A stretch of DNA of 32,000 nucleotides from Cylindrospermopsis raciborskii Cr2010 (GCF_003367075.2 NZ_CP065936.1:1590001-1622000); one strand, 5' to 3'. Counted from the stretch's first letter, positions 8,030 through 18,064 are shown. Numbers and translations: made by a program. The notes: a model not told the origin generated them from the sequence alone.

Positions 8030-10234
8030 GTGACCACAACTATTCTCAATGATAAATCGATGGTTAATACCCAGACAAAAAAAAGATTTGATATAGGAAA
8101 AATATCAAAAATTCTCTCATATCGGCGCTTTTTGATCATGGGTATTTCCTGTGGAGTAATTTCAGTTACAAGTCTGATTGCTGTTATCACGAAACCCATG
8201 TATCAAAGCTCCATGCAGGTCATGATTAGTGATGATTTGGAACCAGAGTTAAGATCTAATCAGACTTCTAATAAAACTGACTCTTATGGTCACCAAATGA
8301 GGTTTTTGCTCAGTGGCAAGATTTTACAAAAAGCAGTGGATTTACTACATAAAGATTATCCAGATATTCAACTAAAAGATATTAGAGACAAGGTTGATTT
8401 TGGCACAGATGGGCGGTTAGAAATTAGACTTGCTGATAATATTTCATCAACATCTAAAGTTAATAACCCCATATTTGTTATTTCATTTAAAGATTCCAAT
8501 CCAGTCAAAACACAAAGAGTGCTACAAGCTCTAGAAAAGGCTTATCAAGATTATAATCTGGAAGTAAAAAATCAGCGTCTTAGTCAAGGAATGAATTTCG
8601 TAAATAGTCAATTGCCAAAATTGCAAACTAATGCTTTAGCTGCAGAGAAAAAATTGGCTATTTTTCAAAAAAAACATAGTCTTATTGATCCACAAATACA
8701 AACGAAAGTCTTCTTCCAATCTTTGACTGATATTCAAAAGCAACGAGAAAATTATAGGTCTCAAATTAAAGATTTAGATGCAAGAATCAAAGATATAGAA
8801 AGAAAACTCTTATCTTTCCAAAACCAACAAAGTTTCGCCAGTTTAAATGATGGTAAAAATTATCAAAACTTGGTTGCAGAAATTAGAAAGACAGAAGCTA
8901 ACTTAGCTCAACAACTTTCTCGTTATACTGAAAGCTATCCGGTGGTAATTAGGCTCAAAGAAAAACACAAAATGCAACTGGAGGTTCTGAAAAAAGAACT
9001 ACAACTTTCCCAGGTCAATAACTCAACAAAGGATAAATTAAACCCCGAATATATTGCAGGAATAGAAAAGACATTATCCGAAGACTTATCCCAGTTCAAA
9101 AAACAACAAATTCAGCTGGTTGAGCAGGATAATAAATTGGCTAAATCTGAACTTGAAATTCGCGAGCTTTTGAGTAAATTTCCGGGGATTATTACAGAGT
9201 ATAATCAGCTATTATCAGCAACAAAAATCCAGAGACAGAATCTCGGACAAATGCTACAATTTCAACAGTCTTTGGGAATGAAAATTGCTCAAAGCAGTTT
9301 TCAGTTGGAAGTTTTAGAGACACCAAATATAGGAATTTATATTGGTAACAGAAAATGGCTATTGATTCTGGGAGGAATAGTAACCGGACCAATTTTGGGT
9401 ATTATTGTAGTGTTGGTACGGGAAATGTTCAACCGGGCAATTATTTCACCCCTAGACTTACAAAACATTGCCAACATTCCTTTACTTGGTTCTCTCCCTC
9501 AATTAGGCACATCTATTTTTAAAAATAGTTGGAAAAGCAGAATCAAAACTAGATTAAAAGAAATAATTCAACGAAAACAAGAAACAGCAGCAATTGCAGA
9601 AAATACAAGGGATGTAATTAGCTTATCCGGTAATCGGAACCTGGATATGATTTATCATAATCTGCAAGTCAGCCATAATTCCCTGCCATTTAAATCTTTA
9701 ATGTTGACTTCTGCATTACCAGGAGAGGGTAAAACAACTTTGGCTATAGGCTTAGGTGCTAGTGCGGCAAATATGCACCAAAGAGTATTAGTTATTGATG
9801 GAAATTTACGCTCTCCCCAATTGCACAAAGTTCTGTCAATTCATAATGATTGGGGTTTATCTCTGTTATTGCTGGACGATATCAAGACACAATTTGCCAA
9901 TTATGTTCAACCCATTCATCCCCTGATTGATGTTCTCACCGCAGGACCACAACCAGATAATGTAGTTAGTTTATTGACATCGGGAAAATTCCAGGAGTTA
10001 CTGGAAGTATTGGATGGTATTTATGACCTGGTAATTATTGATGCTTGTTCCCTATTGGATGGTGTGGAAGCTAGAATTATGGCATCGGTTTCTAATAGTA
10101 TTGTCATGGTGGGAAAAATTGGACAATTAACTCCAGATCAACTCATACAAGCTAGGGAAATATTGAGCGATTTCAATTTAATTGGTATTGTCTCTAATCA
10201 ATTCCACCATTCTGATACCAACTTTAATTTTTAA
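8030..10234 (+). CDS. Wzz/GumC-type polysaccharide chain-length determinant fused to a BY-kinase-like P-loop domain
   Basis: An N-terminal TM is followed by a long coiled-coil periplasmic region and a second TM (WLLILGGIVTGPILGIIVVLV). The C-terminal ATPase has Walker A LPGEGKTT, an A'-like VLVIDGNLRSP and a B-like DLVIIDACS. The start is GTG at 8030 or ATG at 8060. Confidence 0.75.
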   Translation: MTTTILNDKSMVNTQTKKRFDIGKISKILSYRRFLIMGISCGVISVTSLIAVITKPMYQSSMQVMISDDLEPELRSNQTSNKTDSYGHQMRFLLSGKILQKAVDLLHKDYPDIQLKDIRDKVDFGTDGRLEIRLADNISSTSKVNNPIFVISFKDSNPVKTQRVLQALEKAYQDYNLEVKNQRLSQGMNFVNSQLPKLQTNALAAEKKLAIFQKKHSLIDPQIQTKVFFQSLTDIQKQRENYRSQIKDLDARIKDIERKLLSFQNQQSFASLNDGKNYQNLVAEIRKTEANLAQQLSRYTESYPVVIRLKEKHKMQLEVLKKELQLSQVNNSTKDKLNPEYIAGIEKTLSEDLSQFKKQQIQLVEQDNKLAKSELEIRELLSKFPGIITEYNQLLSATKIQRQNLGQMLQFQQSLGMKIAQSSFQLEVLETPNIGIYIGNRKWLLILGGIVTGPILGIIVVLVREMFNRAIISPLDLQNIANIPLLGSLPQLGTSIFKNSWKSRIKTRLKEIIQRKQETAAIAENTRDVISLSGNRNLDMIYHNLQVSHNSLPFKSLMLTSALPGEGKTTLAIGLGASAANMHQRVLVIDGNLRSPQLHKVLSIHNDWGLSLLLLDDIKTQFANYVQPIHPLIDVLTAGPQPDNVVSLLTSGKFQELLEVLDGIYDLVIIDACSLLDGVEARIMASVSNSIVMVGKIGQLTPDQLIQAREILSDFNLIGIVSNQFHHSDTNFNF

Positions 10235-10334
10235 CCCTGTTGAACCTGGGAAATAACCAGCAGAAAATTGCCTAGCACAGAAATTTCGTGTAAACTGGTA
10301 AAAGCTTTTAACTTCAATTATTAGTATTATTAGC

Positions 10335-11492
10335 ATGAAAAACCAATTACACTTGAATACTTTACTAAACTCTTTATCTCCTTACCGTTGGAGCAAAAAT
10401 TGGTGGATAGCTATTATTTTATGGTTCGCTTTCACCGCTCCCGCTCAAGCATCCGTTATTTTGCGTATAGCTATCGAAAAGGAAGTTGAGCAAATTAAGG
10501 TTGGTGCATCCACTACAGCTGTGGTTAAGGATGGTTCTGGACGCAATTTAGGAGAACTAACAGGTAGTAATTCCTATGCAGCACAGGCAATTCCAGGAGG
10601 AGTAGCTTTAGACAGATGGCAGTCTGGTTTATTTTGGATTGAACCTACTGCTAAAGGATATGTCTACATAGGCGATCGCTGGTTTCGTGGTAGAACTCTT
10701 ATTGTACCCACGGGAAAAGGTATAACTGCTATCAACTGGGTAGATCTAGAAGAGTATCTCTACAGTGTGGTTGGTGGAGAAATGAGCTCTAGTTGGCATG
10801 AAGAAGCTCTCAAAGCCCAGGCGATCGCAGCTCGTACCTATGCTTTGTACAAGAGAAAGGAACAACGGAACAATCCTCTCTATGACCTAGGGGATAGTCC
10901 TGATAGTTGGCAAGTTTATCACGGTGTAAGTAGTGAATCTCGTAGAACCTATAGTGCGGTTGATAAAACTGCAGGTCAGGTTCTCACCTATGAGAACCAA
11001 ATTATTCTTTCAGCATTTCACGCTTGTTCTGGTGGACATACGGAAAATGTGGAGGATGTATGGGGGAACCCTCTTCCTTACTTGCGAGCAGTTCAAGATT
11101 TTGACCAAAACATCAGGGAATGTAACTGGAACACCACTTTCAGTTCGGAAGAAATTAGTGCCCGTGTTCCCGGTGTGGGTAATGTGAAGGAAATAATGAT
11201 TGAGTCTTTATCTCCTTTTCGGAGTGTTAAAACCTTAAGAATTGTTGGTGATCAAGGAAGCAAGGTTCTCAAAGGTGAAGAAGTTCGTACCATCCTCAAG
11301 CTTAGAAGCACCCGTTTCACGGTGAATAAAGATGTAAATGGTAACTTTGTTCTACAAGGATTAGGTTTTGGCCATGGTTTAGGAATGAGTCAATGGGGAG
11401 CTTATATTCTAGCCAAAAATGGATTCAACCACTTACAAATCCTAGGATACTACTACAAGGGTGTAGCTTTAACTCCGATTAAGGCCAAGTAG
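10335..11492 (+). CDS. SpoIID/LytB domain protein (paralogue 1)
   Basis: Signal peptide ending AQA|S. SpoIID-type motifs are present (EALKAQAIAARTYAL, SAFHACSGGHTENVEDVWG, GFGHGLGMSQWGA). Confidence 0.8.
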   Translation: MKNQLHLNTLLNSLSPYRWSKNWWIAIILWFAFTAPAQASVILRIAIEKEVEQIKVGASTTAVVKDGSGRNLGELTGSNSYAAQAIPGGVALDRWQSGLFWIEPTAKGYVYIGDRWFRGRTLIVPTGKGITAINWVDLEEYLYSVVGGEMSSSWHEEALKAQAIAARTYALYKRKEQRNNPLYDLGDSPDSWQVYHGVSSESRRTYSAVDKTAGQVLTYENQIILSAFHACSGGHTENVEDVWGNPLPYLRAVQDFDQNIRECNWNTTFSSEEISARVPGVGNVKEIMIESLSPFRSVKTLRIVGDQGSKVLKGEEVRTILKLRSTRFTVNKDVNGNFVLQGLGFGHGLGMSQWGAYILAKNGFNHLQILGYYYKGVALTPIKAK

Positions 11493-13401
11493 AGTTCACA
11501 ATTCTCCTATATCTCCCCAAAGCTAGTAAGGGAAAATACTGTTGATAGAGATGATATTTGAGATAAAAATGACCGGGGAAACCAGTTCCGGTAAAGTATG
11601 ACTCATCCCAAGTACCGTCTAATCTTTGGGTTGTTAATAAGTAATTAACAGCTTTTTCCATAGTGGCCAAATCAAACTTTTGCTTTGCTTCACCAGCAGC
11701 AATTAGTCCCATTAATCCCCATGCGGTTTGAGATGGTGTGCTATCACCTTTTCCCTTAAAGTTGGGGTCACCATAACTCAAACAGGTTTCACCCCAACCA
11801 CCGTCAGGGTTTTGTACTTGTTTCAACCAGTTGGCACCTTTTTCTATATTACTAAGATATTTCTGGGGATTAATCAAGGCCAAAGCTGATAGTACACCAC
11901 TAGTTCCATAGATATAATTAACTCCCCAACGTCCAAACCAACAACCTTCTGTTTCTTGCTCCCCCAGCAGATAATTCATAGCTTGATCTAGCTTCTGGGA
12001 TGGGATGGATAGTTTACAAACACCCAACATTTCAATTACCCTAGCGGTAACATCCGCAGTATTAGGGTCAATCATAGCTTTCAAATCACCGTATGGGATA
12101 TAATTTAGCCATTCTTGGTCATTATCAATATCAAAAGCGGCCCAACCCCCGGATTTGCATTGCATGGATATAATCCAATTCACAGCTCGTTTAATAGCTT
12201 GTTTTTTTAGATTTTCATTGGGTAATTTGGCTTGATGTAAGGCCATCACTACCACAGCAGAATCATCCACATCAGGATAAAAGCGATTGTGGAATTCAAA
12301 TGCCCAAGCACCAGGTTGGCCTTGTTTATTTTTGACAGCCCAGTCTCCATAATCTATTATTTGCTTATCTATTAACCATTCCCCAGCTTTAACAATTACT
12401 GGGTCATCCGGAGCCATACCCGAATCAATTAGGGCCCGAATTGCCCAGGCTGTGTCCCATACGGGAGAGACACAAGGCTGCACGCAGTAGCTGTTATCTG
12501 TTTCGATGACAAAATTATCAACCGCCTTTAAACCTCTATAAATAATTGGGTCGTCTGCTTTATAGTTTAGACATTTTAAAGCTAATAGGGAATTTAACAT
12601 GGCAGGAATAATTCCTCCCCAGTCCCCCGTAGACTCTTGACGCTCTAAAATCCATTTCTCTGCTGCTTTTATCCCCTGGTCTCGCAATGGGACTAAATTT
12701 AAACTTTCTGCCAATTTGAACCCATCATCTAATAGGGTGAAGATGTCTGACCAATCATTGTTTTTTGGCAGTTCCCACTGCGCATTATCTATTCCTTCAG
12801 CATATAGCTCATCTAAACTAATGGGAGAATCTATATCAAAGACTGGTTTTTGATTAAAGACTATTAATAATGGTACTGTGCTAGAACGGGCCCAACTGGA
12901 AAGCTCATAAATATTGAAGGGGAAATAATCTGGTAATAGCATGACCCAGGGCGGTAATGAAGGTAACCCTCGCCAGTTATAACAACCGATTAATGCTAGA
13001 TGTAATTTGGTGAAAATGCGGGTTTTACTAATGCCACCTTTTTTTAAAATCCAGGATTTAGCTTTTACCAGTGCTGTATCCGTTGCAGGTACTCCCAATA
13101 ATCTTAAGCCCATATAAGCTTCCACGCTGGTACTAAGATCTCCCCCATCTCCATAGTATAGTTCCCAACCACCATGTTCTCTTTGTTGGCATCGCAAATA
13201 ATTTTCAATTTTATATAAAGCCCTATTTTCACAGGTTCCCCAAATTTTATGTAACAGTAAAACTTCTACAGTAATAGTCACATTTGACTCTAGTTCACCC
13301 CACCAATAGCCCTCTGGTCTCTGGATTGACAATAGATGCTCTTGACTAGCTGCGATCGCCTGGGTAATTTCCTTAATATTTGTCCTAGGTTGTGTTTGCA
13401 T
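11479..13401 (-). CDS. shc: squalene-hopene cyclase
   Basis: 640 aa with repeated QW-type motifs (QxxxGxW, e.g. QREHGGWELYYG, QNPDGGWGE, QRLDGTWDE) and the catalytic DxDD motif (DVDDSAVV). Confidence 0.9.
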   Translation of the reverse strand: MQTQPRTNIKEITQAIAASQEHLLSIQRPEGYWWGELESNVTITVEVLLLHKIWGTCENRALYKIENYLRCQQREHGGWELYYGDGGDLSTSVEAYMGLRLLGVPATDTALVKAKSWILKKGGISKTRIFTKLHLALIGCYNWRGLPSLPPWVMLLPDYFPFNIYELSSWARSSTVPLLIVFNQKPVFDIDSPISLDELYAEGIDNAQWELPKNNDWSDIFTLLDDGFKLAESLNLVPLRDQGIKAAEKWILERQESTGDWGGIIPAMLNSLLALKCLNYKADDPIIYRGLKAVDNFVIETDNSYCVQPCVSPVWDTAWAIRALIDSGMAPDDPVIVKAGEWLIDKQIIDYGDWAVKNKQGQPGAWAFEFHNRFYPDVDDSAVVVMALHQAKLPNENLKKQAIKRAVNWIISMQCKSGGWAAFDIDNDQEWLNYIPYGDLKAMIDPNTADVTARVIEMLGVCKLSIPSQKLDQAMNYLLGEQETEGCWFGRWGVNYIYGTSGVLSALALINPQKYLSNIEKGANWLKQVQNPDGGWGETCLSYGDPNFKGKGDSTPSQTAWGLMGLIAAGEAKQKFDLATMEKAVNYLLTTQRLDGTWDESYFTGTGFPGHFYLKYHLYQQYFPLLALGRYRRIVNSTWP

Positions 13402-13531
13402 AAAACGTTGATTTTAACAGATCCCCCTCCGTGGAGTTTTGCCACCTAGCCTTGGTGATACCTATTATATTATCATATTTATCTATATTCGAGTATATTT
13501 CTGATGAAACTAATACCTTAGAGAAGCGGAG

Positions 13532-14695
13532 ATGGAACAAATTCTATTAGGTTTGATGGTTTTATCCTTAGGGACTTGGTTGTTTTTGCTTTTATTTTGG
13601 GGGCAGTTTTGGCGGGTAGATCAACTATTAAAGCCCATAACCCCTACAACAAATAACTTCACATTTTTACCTAGAATTTGTATAATAATTCCAGCACGTA
13701 ACGAAGCATATTTTATAGCCACAACCATAAAATCACTTTTGTTACAAGACTATCCAGGTGAGGTGAATATATTTCTAGTGGATGACCAAAGTAGGGATGG
13801 TACGGCCGATTTTGCCAAGGAAGCAGCTTATGCAGTTGGTCGGGTTAACCAAGTAGAAGTTGTGACTGGTAGGGATTTACCCACAGGTTGGACTGGCAAA
13901 ATTTGGGCAATGGAACAGGGTGTGCAAAAAGCTCTGGAATTAAACCCAGATTATTTTTTGTTTACCGATGCGGATATAGAACATCATATAAGCAATTTAG
14001 GTCAATTAGTCCACAAAGCAGAAACAAAAGGTTTAGATCTAGTATCTATAATGGTCAAGCTCCGGTGTCAAAGTTTTTGGGAAAAACTATTAATACCTGC
14101 TTTTGTCTTCTTCTTTCAAAAACTCTATCCCTTTGCTTGGGTCAATAATCCCAAAAAATCTATGGCTGCAGCAGCGGGTGGATGCGTTTTAATTCGTAAG
14201 CAAACCCTAGAAAAAATTGGAGGACTAAAAACAATTAGTCACGCTTTAATTGATGATTGTTCTTTAGCCAAAGCTGTGAAATCCCAGGGGGGAAGAATTT
14301 GGTTAGGACTAAGTTCCCTAACTGTCAGTTTACGTCCCTATAATTCCTTAGAAACTATTTGGAACATGGTAGCTCGCAGCGCCTATACTCAGCTAAGTTA
14401 CTCTCCCTTACTATTAATGGGTAGTGTGTTGGGTATGGTGATAGTTTATATCTTACCTGTGGTGGGAATCATTATTGGTTTAGGTATAAATAATGTGCTG
14501 ATTTCTCCCCTGGGTTTAATAACTTGGCTATTAATGAGTTTTGCTTATTTACCCATCATTATCTTTTACCAATGTCCTCTCTGGTTTGCCGGGTTTTTAC
14601 CCCTAATTGCCCTCTTTTATACCTTTATGACCGTAGATTCAGCTTATCGTCATTGGCAAGGTAAAGGTGGTAGCTGGAAAGGTAGAGTTTATTAG
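13532..14695 (+). CDS. hpnB: family-2 glycosyltransferase, hopene-associated HpnB-like
   Basis: An N-terminal TM is followed by a GT-A core (IIIPARNEA, LVDDQSRDGT, GWTGKIWA, FTDADI) and C-terminal TM segments. It is divergently adjacent to shc. The HpnB assignment rests on recalled family pattern and synteny. Confidence 0.65.
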   Translation: MEQILLGLMVLSLGTWLFLLLFWGQFWRVDQLLKPITPTTNNFTFLPRICIIIPARNEAYFIATTIKSLLLQDYPGEVNIFLVDDQSRDGTADFAKEAAYAVGRVNQVEVVTGRDLPTGWTGKIWAMEQGVQKALELNPDYFLFTDADIEHHISNLGQLVHKAETKGLDLVSIMVKLRCQSFWEKLLIPAFVFFFQKLYPFAWVNNPKKSMAAAAGGCVLIRKQTLEKIGGLKTISHALIDDCSLAKAVKSQGGRIWLGLSSLTVSLRPYNSLETIWNMVARSAYTQLSYSPLLLMGSVLGMVIVYILPVVGIIIGLGINNVLISPLGLITWLLMSFAYLPIIIFYQCPLWFAGFLPLIALFYTFMTVDSAYRHWQGKGGSWKGRVY

Positions 14696-14825
14696 GTGGG
14701 TTTCCTGGAGAAAGTCTAATATTTAGTAGTAATTGTCGGGATTTGGGCAAAAATCAACGATTATTATGTTATGGGTTTATGGGTGACCGTCGTCTATTAC
14801 TCAATCAGGTTTCATTGAAGTTTTC

Positions 14826-16403
14826 ATGAGAATATTTTTCTGGCGTTCTGCATGCAATATACTAGTCACCCTTTCCCTATTGGGACTGACGGGAGCTTCC
14901 GATCCTATCAGCAGTCAAGATAGGGAACTGAAAATTGGCATTGTACAACGATTTGCTTCGGTTAAGACGGACAAATTAAACCTCAAAGCTACTTCTGGTG
15001 ACGATTTAACGCTAAAATGGCAGACAAATGATGGACAAAAAACTGTGATTTCTACTGCTAACACTGTTGAGCTGATTCCAATTATGGAAACTCTCAGACA
15101 ACCCCAAGTGTGGGAAGTATTGGTGCTGGGAGATTATCGGACTTTTGAAACAGCAGAAGACAGTGCCAAAAAGTGGCGTTCTCAGGGTCTGGAAGTGGAA
15201 ATAGCCCAGCCAGAACGTTGGCAAGTTTGGGCAAAGCGAGATGTTTATAGTACTCCTTTACTTAGACGTTTATTATTGAATAGCATTCATACATCCGGTG
15301 ATAAACTACCTTATTTAAATACGCAGGTTATTAAACAAGTAGCTAGGGTAACCTGGGAAGTTAATGGTCGTCAATACACTAGTAGTTATCTGGAAATTAC
15401 TAGTCGCAAGGGAAAGATATGGGTTAATAATAACCGAAAACCCGGTGGTAAAAAACTTTTTCCTGGTAATTTGTATTTACAACCTAATGCCTATGGTAGC
15501 TACTCTTTGGTAAATCTCGTAGGTGTGGAAACTTATTTACGAGGAGTTATACCCTATGAAATTGGCACAAAAGCACCCGAAGCAGCTCTTGAAGCTCAAG
15601 CAATTATCGCTCGTACTTATGCCCTACGCAATATACATAGATTTGCTGTGGATAACTATCAGCTATGTGCGGATACCCACTGTCAGGTATATGATGGATT
15701 GAATGGCGCAAGTAAAAAAACCGATCAGGCGATCGCCAGCACTAGAGGTAAAGTGTTAACCTATAAGAACGAGCTAGTGGATGCTCTATATTCTTCCACT
15801 ACGGGAGGTGTAACAGCTTATTTTAGTGATGTTTGGAATGGGGAAGATCGTCCTTATTTACGTCCCGTGGTAGATGGGCCTAAAGACATTTGGAACCTGT
15901 CCCAGAAAAGTTTGGCTGATGAAGAGAATTTTCGTCAGTTTATTAGTTTGGAACAAGGATTTAACGAAAGTAAATGGGATGTATTTCGTTGGCGTAGAGA
16001 AACAAGTTTAGAGGATATTACTAAAGATTTACAAAAGTTTCTAAAAGCGAAAAATAGTCAGTATGCCAATTTTAAGAATATTGAAGCGATGTCCATTACT
16101 AAAAGAAGTCCCAGTGGCAGAATTTTAGCATTGGCTGTCAAAACGGATATTGGAATCTTCGATTTACACAAAGATGAGGTTCGTAGTGCTTTTGCAGCTC
16201 CTGTAAGTACACTGTTTTACTTACAACCAATAAATAAGGGAAAGTCTCAGGTATGGGGATATGCTTTTATTGGTGGGGGGTTAGGACATGGAGTAGGTTT
16301 AAGTCAAACAGGGTCTCAAAATTTAGCCCAATTAGGTTGGTCAAGTGACAAAATTCTTACCTTTTATTACCCGGGTACAAAAATTGAAATTTTCCGTAGA
16401 TAA
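14826..16403 (+). CDS. SpoIID/LytB domain protein (paralogue 2, longer)
   Basis: Signal peptide. It has the same SpoIID core motifs as paralogue 1 (EALEAQAIIARTYAL, YSSTTGGVTA, GGLGHGVGLSQTG) plus an extra N-terminal ~200 aa. Confidence 0.8.
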   Translation: MRIFFWRSACNILVTLSLLGLTGASDPISSQDRELKIGIVQRFASVKTDKLNLKATSGDDLTLKWQTNDGQKTVISTANTVELIPIMETLRQPQVWEVLVLGDYRTFETAEDSAKKWRSQGLEVEIAQPERWQVWAKRDVYSTPLLRRLLLNSIHTSGDKLPYLNTQVIKQVARVTWEVNGRQYTSSYLEITSRKGKIWVNNNRKPGGKKLFPGNLYLQPNAYGSYSLVNLVGVETYLRGVIPYEIGTKAPEAALEAQAIIARTYALRNIHRFAVDNYQLCADTHCQVYDGLNGASKKTDQAIASTRGKVLTYKNELVDALYSSTTGGVTAYFSDVWNGEDRPYLRPVVDGPKDIWNLSQKSLADEENFRQFISLEQGFNESKWDVFRWRRETSLEDITKDLQKFLKAKNSQYANFKNIEAMSITKRSPSGRILALAVKTDIGIFDLHKDEVRSAFAAPVSTLFYLQPINKGKSQVWGYAFIGGGLGHGVGLSQTGSQNLAQLGWSSDKILTFYYPGTKIEIFRR

Positions 16404-16486
16404 GGATAGACCAACATAATAATACCGCCATACTCTTATAGTCTCATAATCGTAGGGCGGCATTTGATTGGGATAACGGGTAACTT

Positions 16487-16789
<303 letters not shown>

Positions 16790-16893
16790 TTATTCCTCTT
16801 TTGTGATCGGGAGTGTGAAGTACAGGCCAATAAAACCAATGGATAGGTTGTCTTTTGAGAACAGCCATCGGTTTTTATTTACCTCAATTTCTG

Positions 16894-16921
16894 ATACTAG
16901 GGGAAAAGTTAAATCTTGTAA
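16894..16921 (-). promoter_or_regulatory. candidate sigma70-type promoter for petF
   Basis: On the minus strand, TTACAA (16921-16916) is followed by a 16-nt spacer and TAGTAT (16899-16894), about 110 nt upstream of the petF ATG. This is a motif reading only. Confidence 0.3.
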
Positions 16922-17059
16922 CGAAAAATCTACTACGATTAGTAATGAAGTTCAGTTCCCCGCAAATGATAAGTTTTAGTTATGTAATTGAGTGTGGCAC
17001 AATCTCCTGCTGGAAGGATGAAGGCCAACCATACAACTCTAGACTTGGCAGGTTTTTTT

Positions 17060-17716
17060 ATGTCTTCCACGGATTTTACACCCCAATTGCGGATTTTAAT
17101 GGGCAAAGCTGGCATTTCCAGTTTTAAAGATCTTGGTCGCACCGCTGCTATCTCAGACAGGCAAATATTACGCCTACGGCGTGGATGCGTATCAGGGATG
17201 AAACTCAACGTGTTGCAGAATTTGTCTGCTACCTTAGGGGTTTCCTTGAATCAACTGGTGGAGATTTTTTCCGATCCTCGTCATCAGATGGAGACTAAAC
17301 AGCTAGATTCTGACTTGACACGGCAACAACTAGTTCAAATACAACAAGAATACGAGCGATCGCTAGTTAAGCTAGAACAGCAGCGGGAAGTTTTGGAAAA
17401 AGAGTTTCAGCAAAACACATTACAAATTATAGAGTCTTTATTATTGTTTTTTCCTACTGCTGCACACAAGGTCAGGGCAAACCCCCAACTAGAAGCAATA
17501 AAAATATTACCCTTAGTGGAAAAACCATTAGAAAAACTCTTATCTACCTGGGGAATACAGGCGATCGCATCTGTAGGAGCAGAAGTGCCCTACGATCCCC
17601 AATATCAGGAATTGTTGCAGGGTACTGCTGGAATAGGTGAATCTGTAAAAGTAGTTTATATTGGGTATAGGCAAGGAGATAAACTACTTTATCGAGCTAA
17701 AGTCAGTAGAATGTAA
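17060..17716 (+). CDS. helix-turn-helix protein with coiled coil and GrpE-like C-terminal region
   Basis: HTH-like N-terminus (GISSFKDLGRTAAISDRQILRLRRG..LSATLGVSLNQLVEIF). A Q/E-rich coiled coil follows. The C-terminus VGAEVPYDPQYQELL...VKVVYIGYRQGDKLLYRAKVS resembles the GrpE beta-domain pattern. The start is uncertain: TTG at 16988, ATG at 17018 or ATG at 17060. Confidence 0.6.
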   Translation: MSSTDFTPQLRILMGKAGISSFKDLGRTAAISDRQILRLRRGCVSGMKLNVLQNLSATLGVSLNQLVEIFSDPRHQMETKQLDSDLTRQQLVQIQQEYERSLVKLEQQREVLEKEFQQNTLQIIESLLLFFPTAAHKVRANPQLEAIKILPLVEKPLEKLLSTWGIQAIASVGAEVPYDPQYQELLQGTAGIGESVKVVYIGYRQGDKLLYRAKVSRM

Positions 17717-17761
17717 AAAGTCTTTTGGTGGGAGTTGACATGGTGAGCGTTTATTTTTAGT

Positions 17762-18064
17762 ATGGGATTAGATGGTAAACCTAAACACCGCATCACCCTG
17801 TTATTTATGCCTCCTCGTTGGCCACGTAAACCCGACCGTAAAGACCCAGAATTCCGTAAGCTAGATGATCGGATGAATTTTGCCTTTCATATAGCTGTTG
17901 CTGCGACCATTAATTCTGGTCTGTGGTTTTTCCACTTTCTCAAATCCACATCTTGGGAATGGTTAACCCCACTAACCCTCCTGTGGGTGGGGGTTATCCT
18001 CTTGCACTTGCTCTATATTACATTGATTGCTAATTATGAGGAAGGACAGCAAATAAAGGATTAG
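17762..18064 (+). CDS. small membrane protein, 2TM-domain-like
   Basis: A basic N-terminus is followed by two hydrophobic helices (FAFHIAVAATINSGLWFFHFL; LTLLWVGVILLHLLYITLIA). Confidence 0.5.
   Translation: MGLDGKPKHRITLLFMPPRWPRKPDRKDPEFRKLDDRMNFAFHIAVAATINSGLWFFHFLKSTSWEWLTPLTLLWVGVILLHLLYITLIANYEEGQQIKD

Noticed and set aside
16422-16463. Hairpin between SpoIID paralogue 2 and petF as a shared terminator
   Set aside because: It has only a 5-bp core (7 of 8 positions pair) with a 26-nt loop and no U-run, which is too weak to call.
16918-16933. NtcA-like GTA...TAC motif between petF and the HTH gene
   Set aside because: The spacer is 10 nt, not the 8 nt of the GTA-N8-TAC consensus.
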